Of a DNA stretch of 64,000 nucleotides, positions 1 through 9,515 are shown one piece after another. The position numbers and the translations under genes were made by a program. Each line of letters opens with the position of its first letter. The first letter of the stretch is position 1. A model generated the notes under the pieces. It saw only the letters and a program-made list of their open reading frames with translations, was not told the origin of the DNA and searched no databases. The stretch comes from Acidobacteriota bacterium (GTDB taxonomy: Bacteria; Acidobacteriota; Vicinamibacteria; Vicinamibacterales; JAHECP01): the NCBI GenBank assembly GCA_024641665.1, contig JAHECP010000010.1:3941-67940 (forward strand). Direction: 5' to 3'.

Positions 1-358
1 CGCTCATGATGCTCACGTGCGACGGCAGCGTGAGCGGGACCTGCGCGTGCGCGAAGTTGTAGCGGAGGCCCTCGGCCGCCAGCCGGTCCAGGTTCGGCGT
101 GGCTGCGCGACCGCCGTAGCAGCCGAGCGCGTCGGCGCGCAGCGTGTCGATCGTGATGAGCAGGACGTTCTGATCGGCGGTCCGCGTCACCACGAGGCGC
201 GGCTCGCGGCCGGGCCAGAGCCACACGGCCAGCGCGGCCGCGGCGGCGAGCGCCGCGGCGCCGCCAATCCAGCCGAGCGCCCCGCGGCGGCGGGACGGCG
301 GCGGCGCATTGTCGCGGCGGGGCGCGGGCGTCGAGACTCTCTGGCGGCGTTTGGACAT
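1..358 (-). CDS. sulfatase-like (alkaline-phosphatase superfamily) hydrolase/transferase, N-terminal part; gene continues beyond the left edge
   Basis: Own translation of the minus strand from ATG at 358: MSKRRQRVSTPAPRRDNAPPPSRRRGALGWIGGAAALAAAAALAVWLWPGREPRLVVTRTADQNVLLITIDTLRADALG...LPSHVSIMS. Same plan as the N-terminus of the 449..2674 gene: basic tail, one TM helix, IDTLRAD motif. Absent from the ORF track because it is open at the window edge. Confidence 0.7.
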   Translation of the reverse strand, partial: MSKRRQRVSTPAPRRDNAPPPSRRRGALGWIGGAAALAAAAALAVWLWPGREPRLVVTRTADQNVLLITIDTLRADALGCYGGRAATPNLDRLAAEGLRYNFAHAQVPLTLPSHVSIMS

Positions 359-366
359 GGGCGGTC

Positions 367-460
367 GGGCCGGCTGGAGCCGGCCCCTACGGTCTCTCTC
401 CAACGGGGGCCGGCTTCAGCCGGCCCGGAAACCCTGTGGGGGCCGGCTTCAGCCGGCCCG
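367..460 (-). repeat. three tandem copies of a GC-rich hairpin (GGGCCGGCT-NN-AGCCGGCCC); terminator-like or REP-like
   Basis: Copies at 367-386, 405-428 and 438-460. Each has an 8-9 bp perfect stem. The third overlaps the stop codon (449-451) of the sulfatase-like gene. There is no U-tract. Confidence 0.8.
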
Positions 461-2674
461 CTTCCGTGCCTCCGCGGCGGCGCGCGCCGCCTTCGCCGGC
501 TCGCCGAACATCGTCCACAGCTTCTCGGCGAGGCCGTACGCCTCGGCGGTCGGCGAGCGCTGGAGCATGGTGGCGATGGCCGCGTCCGACTCGGCCGCGC
601 GGCCCGTGGCCCGATAGACCATGGCAAGCCCGGCCCACGCGCGCTGGTTGTACGGGAAGAGGCGCAGCTCCGCCTTGAACTGCGCCTCGGCTTCGCCGGG
701 GCGGTCCAGACGCCCGAGCGTGTCGCCGGCGTAGTAGTGCGCGTCGGGCACCCCGAAGGTGCGGGCGTCGCTCGCCTGTGCCGCCTTCTCGAAGAACGGC
801 AGCGCGGCGGCGTAGCGGCCCGCGTCGTACTCGATGAGCCCGTTCACCAGATCGCGGAGCGGCAGCGTCGGGTCGGCCTGCTGGCCGGCGTCGGCTTCGG
901 CGCGGGCGCGCGCCGGATCGTGCTGCGCGATGGCGACCTTGGCGAGCACCTCGTGCGCGGCGGCGCGCCAGCGGTCCTCCGACTCCGGGAGCAGCTTCAC
1001 CGCGGCGTCCGCCTGGGCGCGGGCCTCGTCGAGTCGGCCCATCCGGTACAGGCCGTCGGCCACGCCGATGAGCGCGGCCGGATCGTGGGGCGCGACGATG
1101 ACGAGCTTCTTGTAGGTCTCCACCGCCTCGGCCAGCCGGCCCTGGCGGACGAGCAGTCCGGCGATCTCGCTCCAGACGTCGCCCATCGCGGGGTTGTCGG
1201 CCACGATGGCGCGGAGGCCGGCGATGGCCTCGTCGAACCGGCCGCGCTTCACCTGTTCGAGGGCGTTCCGGTACTGCTCGAGCACCTGCACCTTGTCTTT
1301 CGGATCAGGCAGCTTGTCCGAATCCGTCTCGGTGACGGTGGCCTCGGTGCCGACGTAGCCGAGGGCCTGCAGGCGCTGGCGGTCCTCGGCGCTCACCTGG
1401 CTGGGCGCGGGCACGGTCGATCCGCCGACGATCCGCGCGAGGGCCTGCCGCATGGCGATCCGAGTCTGCTCGCGCCCGGACGCCAGGTTGGTCCGCTCGT
1501 GCGGGTCGGTCTGCACGTCGTACAGCTCGTCGTGCGGCGCGCGGATGAAGCGGTAGCGGCCGTCGGTGAGGGCGTAGAGCTCGCTCCAGCCGAAATGGTA
1601 GCGCGCGTAGAGCGCTTCGGCGTACAGCCCCTCGTCGCGGATCGTGCCGCCGTCGAAGAGCGGCACGAGCGAGCGCCCGCGCAGGTCCGTGGGGATGGGC
1701 GCGTGCAGCATGGCGAGCACCGTCGGCACGATGTCGATGTGCTGCACCGGCTGGGCGATGCGCCGCTCCTTGTCGCGCTCGCCCGGCAGCTTCAGGATGA
1801 GCGGCACGCGGATGGTCTCGCTGTAGAGGAACAGCCCGTGTTCCTGCTCGCCGTGGTCGCCGAGGCCCTCGCCGTGATCCGCGAGCAGGATGACGAACGC
1901 GCGGTCGTAGAGGCCGCGGCGCCGGAGCGACTGCATCAGCCGGCCGACGAGCTCGTCGGTGTACGCGATCTCGCCGTCGTACGGCGCGTACTGGCGGTAG
2001 CGCGCCGGCGGCGTGTACGGCGAATGGGGCTCGTAGAAGTGCACGAAGAGGAAGAAGCGCGGCGAGCGCTCGCCGTCGAGCCACCGCTCGGCGGCGGCGA
2101 GCGTGTCGGCGCCGTCGCGCTGCACGTCACCGATCGCCACCTCGGGCGACCCCTCGGGCAGGTGGTCGTCGTAGACGTCGAAGCCCTTCGACAGGCCCGT
2201 GGCGGCGCGCAGCACGTAGGCCGAGACGAAGCCGGCCGTGGCGAAGCCGCGCGCCTTGAGCATCTCGGGCAGCATCCGCTCGTCCGGCTTCACCGCGAAG
2301 CCCAGGTTGTCGCGCACGCCGGTCTCGAAGGGCAACCGGCCCGAGAGGATCGAGACGTGCGACGGCAGCGTCTGCGGCGCGTGCGCGTAGGCGCGCTCGA
2401 ACACCAGGCCGTCGGCCGCCAGCGCGTCGATGGCGGGCGTCTGCACGTGCCGGTAGCCGTACACCGGCAGGTGGTCGGCCCTGAGCGTGTCAATTGAGAT
2501 CAGGATGATGGGGCCGCCGAACGGCGCGGGCCGCATCGCACGCCAGGCCAGCCACGCGCCGCCGGCGAGCACGATTGCGATCAGCGCGGCCAGGGCGGCG
2601 AGCCGGGGCCGCCGCGACGACGGAGCGACTTCGGTCGAGGGCTGGCGCCGACGGCGGCGCGAGTGTCGAGCCAC
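449..2674 (-). CDS. sulfatase-like hydrolase/transferase with a C-terminal TPR-repeat domain, membrane anchored
   Basis: 741-aa ORF. The N-terminus has an Arg-rich tail and a TM helix (LAALAALIAIVLAGGAWLAW). It is followed by ILISIDTLRADHL and a sulfatase-signature-like segment TLPSHVSILSGR. The C-terminal ~300 aa are Ala/Leu-rich TPR-like repeats. Confidence 0.85.
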   Translation of the reverse strand: MARHSRRRRRQPSTEVAPSSRRPRLAALAALIAIVLAGGAWLAWRAMRPAPFGGPIILISIDTLRADHLPVYGYRHVQTPAIDALAADGLVFERAYAHAPQTLPSHVSILSGRLPFETGVRDNLGFAVKPDERMLPEMLKARGFATAGFVSAYVLRAATGLSKGFDVYDDHLPEGSPEVAIGDVQRDGADTLAAAERWLDGERSPRFFLFVHFYEPHSPYTPPARYRQYAPYDGEIAYTDELVGRLMQSLRRRGLYDRAFVILLADHGEGLGDHGEQEHGLFLYSETIRVPLILKLPGERDKERRIAQPVQHIDIVPTVLAMLHAPIPTDLRGRSLVPLFDGGTIRDEGLYAEALYARYHFGWSELYALTDGRYRFIRAPHDELYDVQTDPHERTNLASGREQTRIAMRQALARIVGGSTVPAPSQVSAEDRQRLQALGYVGTEATVTETDSDKLPDPKDKVQVLEQYRNALEQVKRGRFDEAIAGLRAIVADNPAMGDVWSEIAGLLVRQGRLAEAVETYKKLVIVAPHDPAALIGVADGLYRMGRLDEARAQADAAVKLLPESEDRWRAAAHEVLAKVAIAQHDPARARAEADAGQQADPTLPLRDLVNGLIEYDAGRYAAALPFFEKAAQASDARTFGVPDAHYYAGDTLGRLDRPGEAEAQFKAELRLFPYNQRAWAGLAMVYRATGRAAESDAAIATMLQRSPTAEAYGLAEKLWTMFGEPAKAARAAAEARKRAG

Positions 2675-2955
2675 GTTGGGTGCGTTCGGATCGCGTGTGG
2701 GCGTCGAAAGTGATCTCGACCCATGTTAGCGTACACGGCGCGTGCGCGGCGTCGCACACCGGTACTCTGATCCTCTACCCGATACTGTCCCCCCCGTTTC
2801 GGCCGAAAGTGTGGCGATCTTGCGCTCGGGGCCTGCATCCAAATCGTCGGAGACCGCGAGCGTGCGCGCGTGATTCTGTTGGATCGCGGCCGGGCGTGCA
2901 CCTGGCGGCACGCCGAAAATCGGAGTGATTTCGGTCGCACCCGCGCGGTGAGATC

Positions 2956-2971
2956 TGTCACGGAACTTGCC
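2956..2971 (+). promoter_or_regulatory. sigma-54-like -24/-12 element TGTCACG-N4-TTGCC upstream of TBDR paralog 1
   Basis: TGTCACGGAACTTGCC versus consensus TGGCACG-N4-TTGC. The same TGTCACG-N4-TTGCC frame recurs ~105-125 nt upstream of all three paralogs. Only the N4 spacer varies. Confidence 0.4.
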
Positions 2972-3094
2972 TGTTAGTGAGGCATCCCCCCCGCTCAAGA
3001 CAGACGTGTCGGGCCATACGGTACCCCAGCGCCCGTATCGCGTCGGTGGAGCGAGGGGCGCCGTCGTGCGGGCTGGAGGGGGAGGAGAGGCGAC

Positions 3095-5968
3095 GTGATG
3101 ACGAGGTTGATGGGTCAGTGCTGGCCGGTGCTGCTGGCGGCGCTGATAATCGCAGTGCCTGCGTCGGCGCAGGTGTCGACGGGGCGTATCGAGGTGACGG
3201 CTGTCGACGCGACCGGTGGCGTCCTGCCGGGCGTGACCGTGGAGCTGACCGGACAGCAGACGGCGACGGCCGTGACCGGCACCAGCGGCGTGGCTCGATT
3301 CCTCAGCCTGGCGCCGGGCACCTACCAGGTGAAGGCGTCGCTGCAGGGATTCTCAGAATACCTGAACCGGAACGTCCAGGTTGTGGCGGGCGGCAACGTG
3401 CAGCTCACCGCGAAGATGGCGGTCGCGGGCGTGCGGGAGCAGGTGCAGGTGACGGCGGAGACGCCGGTCATCGACACGAAGAAGACGGCCGACTCGACCC
3501 ACGTGACGCTGGCCGAGCTGCAGGACGTGCCGTCGGCGCGCGATCCGTGGGTGGTGATGCAGACGGTGCCGAGCATCGTCGTGGACCGCGTGAACGTGGG
3601 CGGCAGCGAGTCCGGGCAGCAGTCCGGCTACCAGGCCAAGGGCGCGTCGGGCGCCGACGCGACGTGGAACCTGGACGGCATCCCGATCACCGACATGGCG
3701 GCAACCGGGGCCACCCCGACCTACTGGGACTTCGACATGTTCCAGGAGATGAACGTGACGACGGGCGGGTCGGACCTGACGAGCTCGACCGGCGGCGTCC
3801 ATCTGAACCTGGTGCTGAAGTCGGGGACGAACACGCCACACGGGTCGACGCGCATGTACTACGAGAGCGAGGGCATGCAGTCGAACAACATGGACCCGGC
3901 GCTGGCGACGGCGCTCGGCAGCCCGAACGGGAAGGGCAACCGGACGAAGGACTACAAGGACTACGGGTTCGAGCTGGGCGGTCCGATCATCAAGGATCGC
4001 CTGTGGGCGTGGGGCTCGGTCGGCCGCACCCGGGTGTCGATCCTGACGATCAAGCAGACGCCGGACAAGACCAACCTGAACAACTACGCGTTCAAGACCC
4101 AGGGCCAGATCACCCAGAACCTGCGCGGCAGCTTCACCTACTACAATGGCGTGAAGGAGAAGTTCGGCCGCAATGCGAGCCCCCAGCGTCCGCCCGAGAC
4201 CACGTGGGATCAGGGGTCGCTCGGCGCGGGCTTCTTCAAGGGTGAGGGCAACCTGGTCATCGGCGACAACCTGTTCCTGACGGTCCGGGGCTCGCACTAC
4301 CCGTGGGGGTTCTACCTCACGCCGGAAGGCGGGATGAGCACGCAGGTCTATCAGGACGACAGCGGCGTGTGGCACGGGTCGTACCTCGACTACCGCAGCA
4401 CTCGGCCGATGAACACCTTCGAGGCCGAGGGAAGCTATTTCAAGGGCCGGCACGAGGTGAAGTACGGCTTCTCGTGGCGCAAGACGCAGGTGCACTCCTC
4501 CACGACGTGGGCCGGGAACAAGATCCTCACGTTCTGGAACGGCTACCCGAACATGATCGCCGAGGCCGACGCGGTCAACTACATCAACGCCCAGGCGAAG
4601 TACATTTCCGGCTGGTTGGCCGACACCATCACCGCCGACCGCTTCACGGCGAACCTCGGTCTGCGCATCGATCGGCAGAGCGACAGCCTGCTGCCGTACT
4701 CGATGCCGGGCATCACAGTCGGCGGGTTTGCCCCCTACCTGCCGGACCTGACGTCGCCCGCGAAGCCGGACGTGTTCGTGTGGAACTCGGTGTCGCCGCG
4801 GATCGCCGTGACGTACGCGCTGGACCAGGCGCACAAGACGCTGCTCCGCTGCAGCTACGCGATGTTCGCGTCGCAGCTCGGTAACGGCTCGTCGGCGTTC
4901 CTGGCCGTCGGGCAGTACCGCTACATCGCCTTCGACGCGGTCGACACCAATGGCAACGGGATTGCCGATCCCAACGAGATCAACTTCAACTCGCTGGAGT
5001 ACTGGAACGGGTTCAACATCAACGACCCCGCCAAGCTGTCGACGGTCAATCAGGTTGGCGCGTACAAGGTGCCGAAGACGCACGAGATCATGGTCGGCAT
5101 CGACCACGAGCTGATGCCGAACTTCGGACTGAGCGCGTCGTTCACCTACCGGCGGCTGGTGGACTTCAACTGGTCGCCGCGCATCGGCGTCCGCGAGGGC
5201 AACTACGTGCAGGCCGGCACGCTGAGCGGCAGCGGCCTGCCGGATGGGTCCAGCTACAGCGTGCCGTACTACGCGCTGCTGGACACCAGCGGCCTGTCGG
5301 CCGACGCCCTGGGCGGCGGCCAGGAGCGGGTCGTGCGCGATGGCTACCACCAGCGGTACATGGGCCTCGAGGTCAGCGCGACCAAGCGGCTCTCCAACCA
5401 CTGGATGGCGCGGTTCGGGTTCTCGTCGAACTCCGACCGTGAGTACTTCGACAACCCGGCCACGGCGATTCAGGACCCGACGCCGAGCCCGACCAACCCG
5501 CTCGTCAACGGCGGCCTCGTCGTGACCGAGTCGAGCGGCAGCGGGAAGAGCAACATCTACCAGCTGCTGCCGAAGTACCAGTTCATCGCGAACGGCATGT
5601 ACCAGGCGCCGTACGGGATCGACCTGGGCTTCAACCTGGTCAACCGCCAGGGCTTCGGCCAGCCGTGGTACCAGAGCCGCGTGGCGACGGGCGACTACTT
5701 CAGCAACAACAAGACGGTGTTGCTCGTCAGCGACGTGGGTGCGAACCGGCTGCCAGCCGTGACGTCGTTCGACTTCCGTCTCGGGAAGGAGTTCAAGATC
5801 AACCGGGCGGACATCAACCTCGATCTGGATATCTTCAACCTGTTCAACGCCGGCACCGTGCTCGGCCGCCAGTACGACATGCGGCTGACCGGCGCGACCG
5901 GGTTCAACCAGGTGCTGGAGATCATGAACCCGCGGATCATGCGCGTCGGCCTGCGCGTGAACTTCTAA
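3095..5968 (+). CDS. TonB-dependent outer-membrane receptor with an N-terminal carboxypeptidase-regulatory-like domain (paralog 1 of 3)
   Basis: 957-aa ORF preceded by GGAGGAGAGG (ATG at 3098 is an alternative start). Signal peptide ends AVPASA/QV. STGRIEVTAVDATGGVLPGVTVEL...GTYQVKA is a CarboxypepD_reg-like sandwich. VDRVNVGGSESGQQS is plug-like. A long beta-barrel ends in ...RVGLRVNF. Confidence 0.9.
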   Translation: MMTRLMGQCWPVLLAALIIAVPASAQVSTGRIEVTAVDATGGVLPGVTVELTGQQTATAVTGTSGVARFLSLAPGTYQVKASLQGFSEYLNRNVQVVAGGNVQLTAKMAVAGVREQVQVTAETPVIDTKKTADSTHVTLAELQDVPSARDPWVVMQTVPSIVVDRVNVGGSESGQQSGYQAKGASGADATWNLDGIPITDMAATGATPTYWDFDMFQEMNVTTGGSDLTSSTGGVHLNLVLKSGTNTPHGSTRMYYESEGMQSNNMDPALATALGSPNGKGNRTKDYKDYGFELGGPIIKDRLWAWGSVGRTRVSILTIKQTPDKTNLNNYAFKTQGQITQNLRGSFTYYNGVKEKFGRNASPQRPPETTWDQGSLGAGFFKGEGNLVIGDNLFLTVRGSHYPWGFYLTPEGGMSTQVYQDDSGVWHGSYLDYRSTRPMNTFEAEGSYFKGRHEVKYGFSWRKTQVHSSTTWAGNKILTFWNGYPNMIAEADAVNYINAQAKYISGWLADTITADRFTANLGLRIDRQSDSLLPYSMPGITVGGFAPYLPDLTSPAKPDVFVWNSVSPRIAVTYALDQAHKTLLRCSYAMFASQLGNGSSAFLAVGQYRYIAFDAVDTNGNGIADPNEINFNSLEYWNGFNINDPAKLSTVNQVGAYKVPKTHEIMVGIDHELMPNFGLSASFTYRRLVDFNWSPRIGVREGNYVQAGTLSGSGLPDGSSYSVPYYALLDTSGLSADALGGGQERVVRDGYHQRYMGLEVSATKRLSNHWMARFGFSSNSDREYFDNPATAIQDPTPSPTNPLVNGGLVVTESSGSGKSNIYQLLPKYQFIANGMYQAPYGIDLGFNLVNRQGFGQPWYQSRVATGDYFSNNKTVLLVSDVGANRLPAVTSFDFRLGKEFKINRADINLDLDIFNLFNAGTVLGRQYDMRLTGATGFNQVLEIMNPRIMRVGLRVNF

Positions 5969-5973
5969 AGAAC

Positions 5974-6019
5974 GGGGGGACGGAAGCTCCACGGAGGAAT
6001 CCGAGGAGCTCCCGTCCCC
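5974..6019 (+). terminator. hairpin GGGGGGACGGAAGCTCC-N14-GGAGCTCCCGTCCCC just after the TBDR1 stop
   Basis: Starts 6 nt after the TAA at 5966-5968. The same stem sequence recurs after paralogs 2 and 3. Confidence 0.6.
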
Positions 6020-6190
6020 TTCCCTCCACCTGTTCGGTCAAACACCCCAGCTTGCGTTAGACGGGTCAAGTCATCCAAACATCTGGATCCAGAACCGTCC
6101 TGGATCCGAATCATTGGTACACGTATACTATGTCCCACTATACGAACGCGTAATTCCTAACAAATCAGCCAGCGCGACAGCCTGGGGAGT

Positions 6191-6206
6191 TGTCACGATA
6201 TTTGCC
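6191..6206 (+). promoter_or_regulatory. sigma-54-like -24/-12 element upstream of TBDR paralog 2
   Basis: TGTCACGATATTTGCC, 120 nt upstream of the ATG at 6326. Confidence 0.4.
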
Positions 6207-6325
6207 TATAAGATGTTACAGCCATAACTAATCCCTGGTACCGGTATGATGGCGACCTGCGGCTGGGTTGTGGTCGAAACCGCCCGTCGTGGGCGGCTGG
6301 AGGAGCAAGGAGGAGGAGGCGTTCT

Positions 6326-9196
6326 ATGGAGAGGCTGACGCGGTGTTTCTGGCCGGCGCTGCTGGTCGCGCTGGTCATGGCGGCCCCGGCCTTCGCGCAG
6401 GTGTCGACGGGCCGCATCGAGGTGGCGGCCGTGGACGCGACGGGCGCGGTGCTGCCGGGCGTAACGGTAGAGCTGGCGGGGCAGCAGGCCGCGACGGCGG
6501 TCACGGGCGCCAACGGCGTGGCGCGGTTCCTGAGCCTGCCGCCCGGCACCTACCAGGTGAGAGCGACGCTGCAGGGGTTCAATGAATACCTGAACCGGGC
6601 CGTCGACGTCGTGGCGGGCGCCAACGTGCAGCTCACGGCGAAGATGAGCGTCGCGGGCGTGCAGGAGCAGGTGCAGGTCACGGCCGAGACGCCGGTCATC
6701 GACACGAAGCGGGCCGGCCAGACCACCGCGGTCACGCTCGAAGAGCTGCAGAACGTGCCCTCGGGCCGCGACCCCTGGGTGGTGATGCAGACGGTGCCCT
6801 CGATCATCGTGGACCGCGTGAACGTCGGCGGGTCCGAATCCGGGCAGCAGTCCGGCTACCAGGCGAAGGGCGCGACCGGCGCGGACGCCACCTGGAACCT
6901 GGACGGCATCCCGATCACCGACATGGCGGCGACCGGCGCGACGCCGACCTACTGGGACTTCGACATGTTCCAGGAGATGAACGTGACGACCGGCGGCTCG
7001 GATCTGACCAGCTCGACCGGCGGCGTCCATCTGAACCTCGTGCTGAAGTCGGGGACGAACACCCCGCACGGGTCCTCGCGCATCTACTACGAGAACGAGG
7101 GGATGCAGTCGAACAACATGGACCCGGCGCTGGCCACGGCGCTCGGCAGCCCGAACGGGAAGGGCAACCGCACGAAAGAGTACAAGGACTACGGCTTCGA
7201 GCTGGGCGGCCCGATCATCAAGGACCGCCTCTGGGCGTGGGGCTCCGTCGGCCGCACACGCGTGAACATCCTCACGATCAAGCAGACGCCCGACAAGACC
7301 AACTTGAACAACTACGCGTTCAAGACCCAGGCGCAGATCACCTCGAACCTTCGCGGCAGCTTCACCTATTACAACGGGATCAAGAACAAGTTCGGCCGCA
7401 ACGCGAGCGCGACACATCCGCCCGAAACCACCTACGACCAGGGGACGCTCGGCAACGGGTTCTTCAAGGGTGAGGGCAACCTGGTCGTCGGCGACAACCT
7501 GTTCCTGTCGGTCCGGGTCTCGCACTACCCGTGGGGGTTCTTCCTCACGCCGGAAGGCGGGATGGACAAGCAGGTGTGGCAGGACGACAGCGGCGTGTGG
7601 CACGGGTCGTTCCTCGACTACCGCAGCACGCGACCCATGAACACCGCCGGGTTCGACGGGAGCTACTTCAGGGGCCGGCACGAGCTGAAGTACGGGTTCT
7701 CGTGGCGCAAGACGCAGGTGCACTCCTCCACGACGTGGGCCGGGAACAAGATCCTCACGTTCTGGAACGGCTACCCGGACATGATCGCCGAGGCGGACGC
7801 GGTCAACTACATCAACGCCGAGGCGAAGTACATCTCCGGCTGGCTGAGCGACAGCATCACGGCCGATCGGCTCACGGCCAATATCGGCCTTCGCATCGAT
7901 CGCCAGAGCGACAGCCTGCTCCCGTACTCGATGCCGGGCATCACGCTCGGCGGCTTTGCCGCGTATCTGCCGGATCTGACGTCGGCCGCGAAGAAGAACG
8001 TGTACGTGTGGAACTCGGTCTCGCCGCGCATCAGCGCGAGCTACGCGCTGGATCAGGCGCACAAGACGCTGCTCCGCGGCAGCTACGCGATGTTCGCGTC
8101 GCAGCTCGGCAACGGCTCGTCGGCGTTCCTGGCCGTCGGGCAGTACCGCTACGTCGCCTTCGACGCGGTCGATACCAACGGCAACGGCATCGCCGACCTG
8201 AGCGAGATCAACTTCAACTCGCTGGAGTGGTGGAACGGCTTCGACATCAACGACCCGTCCAAGCTCGAGACCGTCAATCACGTCGGCGATTACAAGGTGC
8301 CGAAGACCCACGAGTTCGTCCTGGGCGTCGACCACGAGCTGATGAACAACTTCGGGCTCAGCGCGGCGTTCACGTATCGCCGGCTGGTGGACTTCAACTG
8401 GTCGCCGCGCATCGGCGTCCGTAAGGCCAACTACGTCCAGGTCGGCACGTTGTCCGGCAGCGGCCTGCCGGATGGATCCAGCTACAGCGTGCCGTACTAC
8501 GCGCTGCTGAATACCAGCGGCCTGTCGGCCGACGCCCTCGGCGGCGGCCAGGAGCGCGTCGTGCGCGACGGCTACCACCAGCGGTACATGGGTCTCGAGG
8601 TCAGCGCGACCAAGCGGCTGGCGAACCGGTGGATGGCGCGGTTCGGGTTCTCGACCAACTCGCACCGCGAGTACTTCGACAACCCGGCCACGGCGATCGA
8701 GGACCCGACGCCGGGCCCGACCGCCCCGCTCGTCAACGGCGGCCTCGTCGTCCGGCGATCGGGCGGCAGCGGCAAGAGCAACATCTACCAGCTGCTGCCG
8801 AAGTACCAGTTCATCGCGAACGGCATGTATCAGGCGCCGTACGGCATCGACCTCGGGTTCAACTTGACCCTGCGGCAGGGCTTCGGCCAGCCGTGGTACC
8901 GGAGCCGCGTGTCGACGGGCGACTACTTCGGCAGCAGTAAGAACGTGCTGCTCATCACCGATGTCGGCAAGAACCGCCTGCCGGCGGTGACGACGTTCGA
9001 CTTCCGGCTCGGGAAGACGATCAGGGTCAGCCGCGCGACCTTCAACGTCGACCTCGACGTCTTCAACCTGTTCAACTCGGGCACGGTGCTCGGCCGCCAG
9101 TACGACATGCGGTTCACGGGCGCGACCGGGTTCGACCAGGTGCTGGAGATCATGAACCCGCGCATCATGCGCCTCGGCCTGCGCGTGAACTTCTAG
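6326..9196 (+). CDS. TonB-dependent outer-membrane receptor with a carboxypeptidase-regulatory-like domain (paralog 2 of 3)
   Basis: 956-aa ORF. RBS run AAGGAGGAGGAGG. Collinear with paralog 1 over its full length, with most residues identical by eye. Ends ...RLGLRVNF. Confidence 0.9.
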   Translation: MERLTRCFWPALLVALVMAAPAFAQVSTGRIEVAAVDATGAVLPGVTVELAGQQAATAVTGANGVARFLSLPPGTYQVRATLQGFNEYLNRAVDVVAGANVQLTAKMSVAGVQEQVQVTAETPVIDTKRAGQTTAVTLEELQNVPSGRDPWVVMQTVPSIIVDRVNVGGSESGQQSGYQAKGATGADATWNLDGIPITDMAATGATPTYWDFDMFQEMNVTTGGSDLTSSTGGVHLNLVLKSGTNTPHGSSRIYYENEGMQSNNMDPALATALGSPNGKGNRTKEYKDYGFELGGPIIKDRLWAWGSVGRTRVNILTIKQTPDKTNLNNYAFKTQAQITSNLRGSFTYYNGIKNKFGRNASATHPPETTYDQGTLGNGFFKGEGNLVVGDNLFLSVRVSHYPWGFFLTPEGGMDKQVWQDDSGVWHGSFLDYRSTRPMNTAGFDGSYFRGRHELKYGFSWRKTQVHSSTTWAGNKILTFWNGYPDMIAEADAVNYINAEAKYISGWLSDSITADRLTANIGLRIDRQSDSLLPYSMPGITLGGFAAYLPDLTSAAKKNVYVWNSVSPRISASYALDQAHKTLLRGSYAMFASQLGNGSSAFLAVGQYRYVAFDAVDTNGNGIADLSEINFNSLEWWNGFDINDPSKLETVNHVGDYKVPKTHEFVLGVDHELMNNFGLSAAFTYRRLVDFNWSPRIGVRKANYVQVGTLSGSGLPDGSSYSVPYYALLNTSGLSADALGGGQERVVRDGYHQRYMGLEVSATKRLANRWMARFGFSTNSHREYFDNPATAIEDPTPGPTAPLVNGGLVVRRSGGSGKSNIYQLLPKYQFIANGMYQAPYGIDLGFNLTLRQGFGQPWYRSRVSTGDYFGSSKNVLLITDVGKNRLPAVTTFDFRLGKTIRVSRATFNVDLDVFNLFNSGTVLGRQYDMRFTGATGFDQVLEIMNPRIMRLGLRVNF

Positions 9197-9202
9197 ACAC
9201 GA

Positions 9203-9237
9203 GGGGACGGGAGCCCCGCGCAGGGGCTCCCGTCGCC
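9203..9237 (+). terminator. hairpin GGGGACGGGAGCCCC-GCGCA-GGGGCTCCCGTCGCCC after the TBDR2 stop
   Basis: Starts 7 nt after the TAG at 9194-9196. Confidence 0.6.
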
Positions 9238-9515
9238 CTTGGCCCAGCGCGTCCTCCCTCAATACCATCCGATCAGCGACATTTAGCAGTACCCGTGTAC
9301 CGTATACATAGTTACTCTCAGCCAGTGAGGATATTACGTGCCATCATGCTGAACTTTCATCATGGTGCGGTGTGGTGATGCCCAAATTCCGGCATCTTCA
9401 AACTTTTGAACGTTTGGCGCGCCCTGATCCGTTCGTTTGGGCGCTACTGCGTCCACTCCAGAGGGCGTACGGCAAAAATACGCCGGAAACTCGTCACGCG
9501 GACGTTCCTGCGAAT

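Noticed and set aside
17-2497. 826-aa plus-strand ORF covering the left end
   Set aside because: It is antisense to the sulfatase-like/TPR gene. It is Arg/Ala/Gly-rich and low in complexity, with no motif. This is the usual shadow ORF of high-GC DNA.
2962-2990. ECF-sigma promoter reading (GGAACTT as a -35 box) for the receptor genes
   Set aside because: GGAACTT is present in copies 1 and 3, but copy 2 has GATATTT at the same place. The flanking TGTCACG and TTGCC blocks are invariant in all three, which fits a -24/-12 layout better.
2972-3094. Riboswitch (for example cobalamin) in the about 120-nt leaders of the TonB-dependent receptor genes
   Set aside because: I see no B12-box-like GCCACTG or other riboswitch core that I can recognise. 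Only a short ACGGTAC/GGTACCG motif is shared between the leaders.
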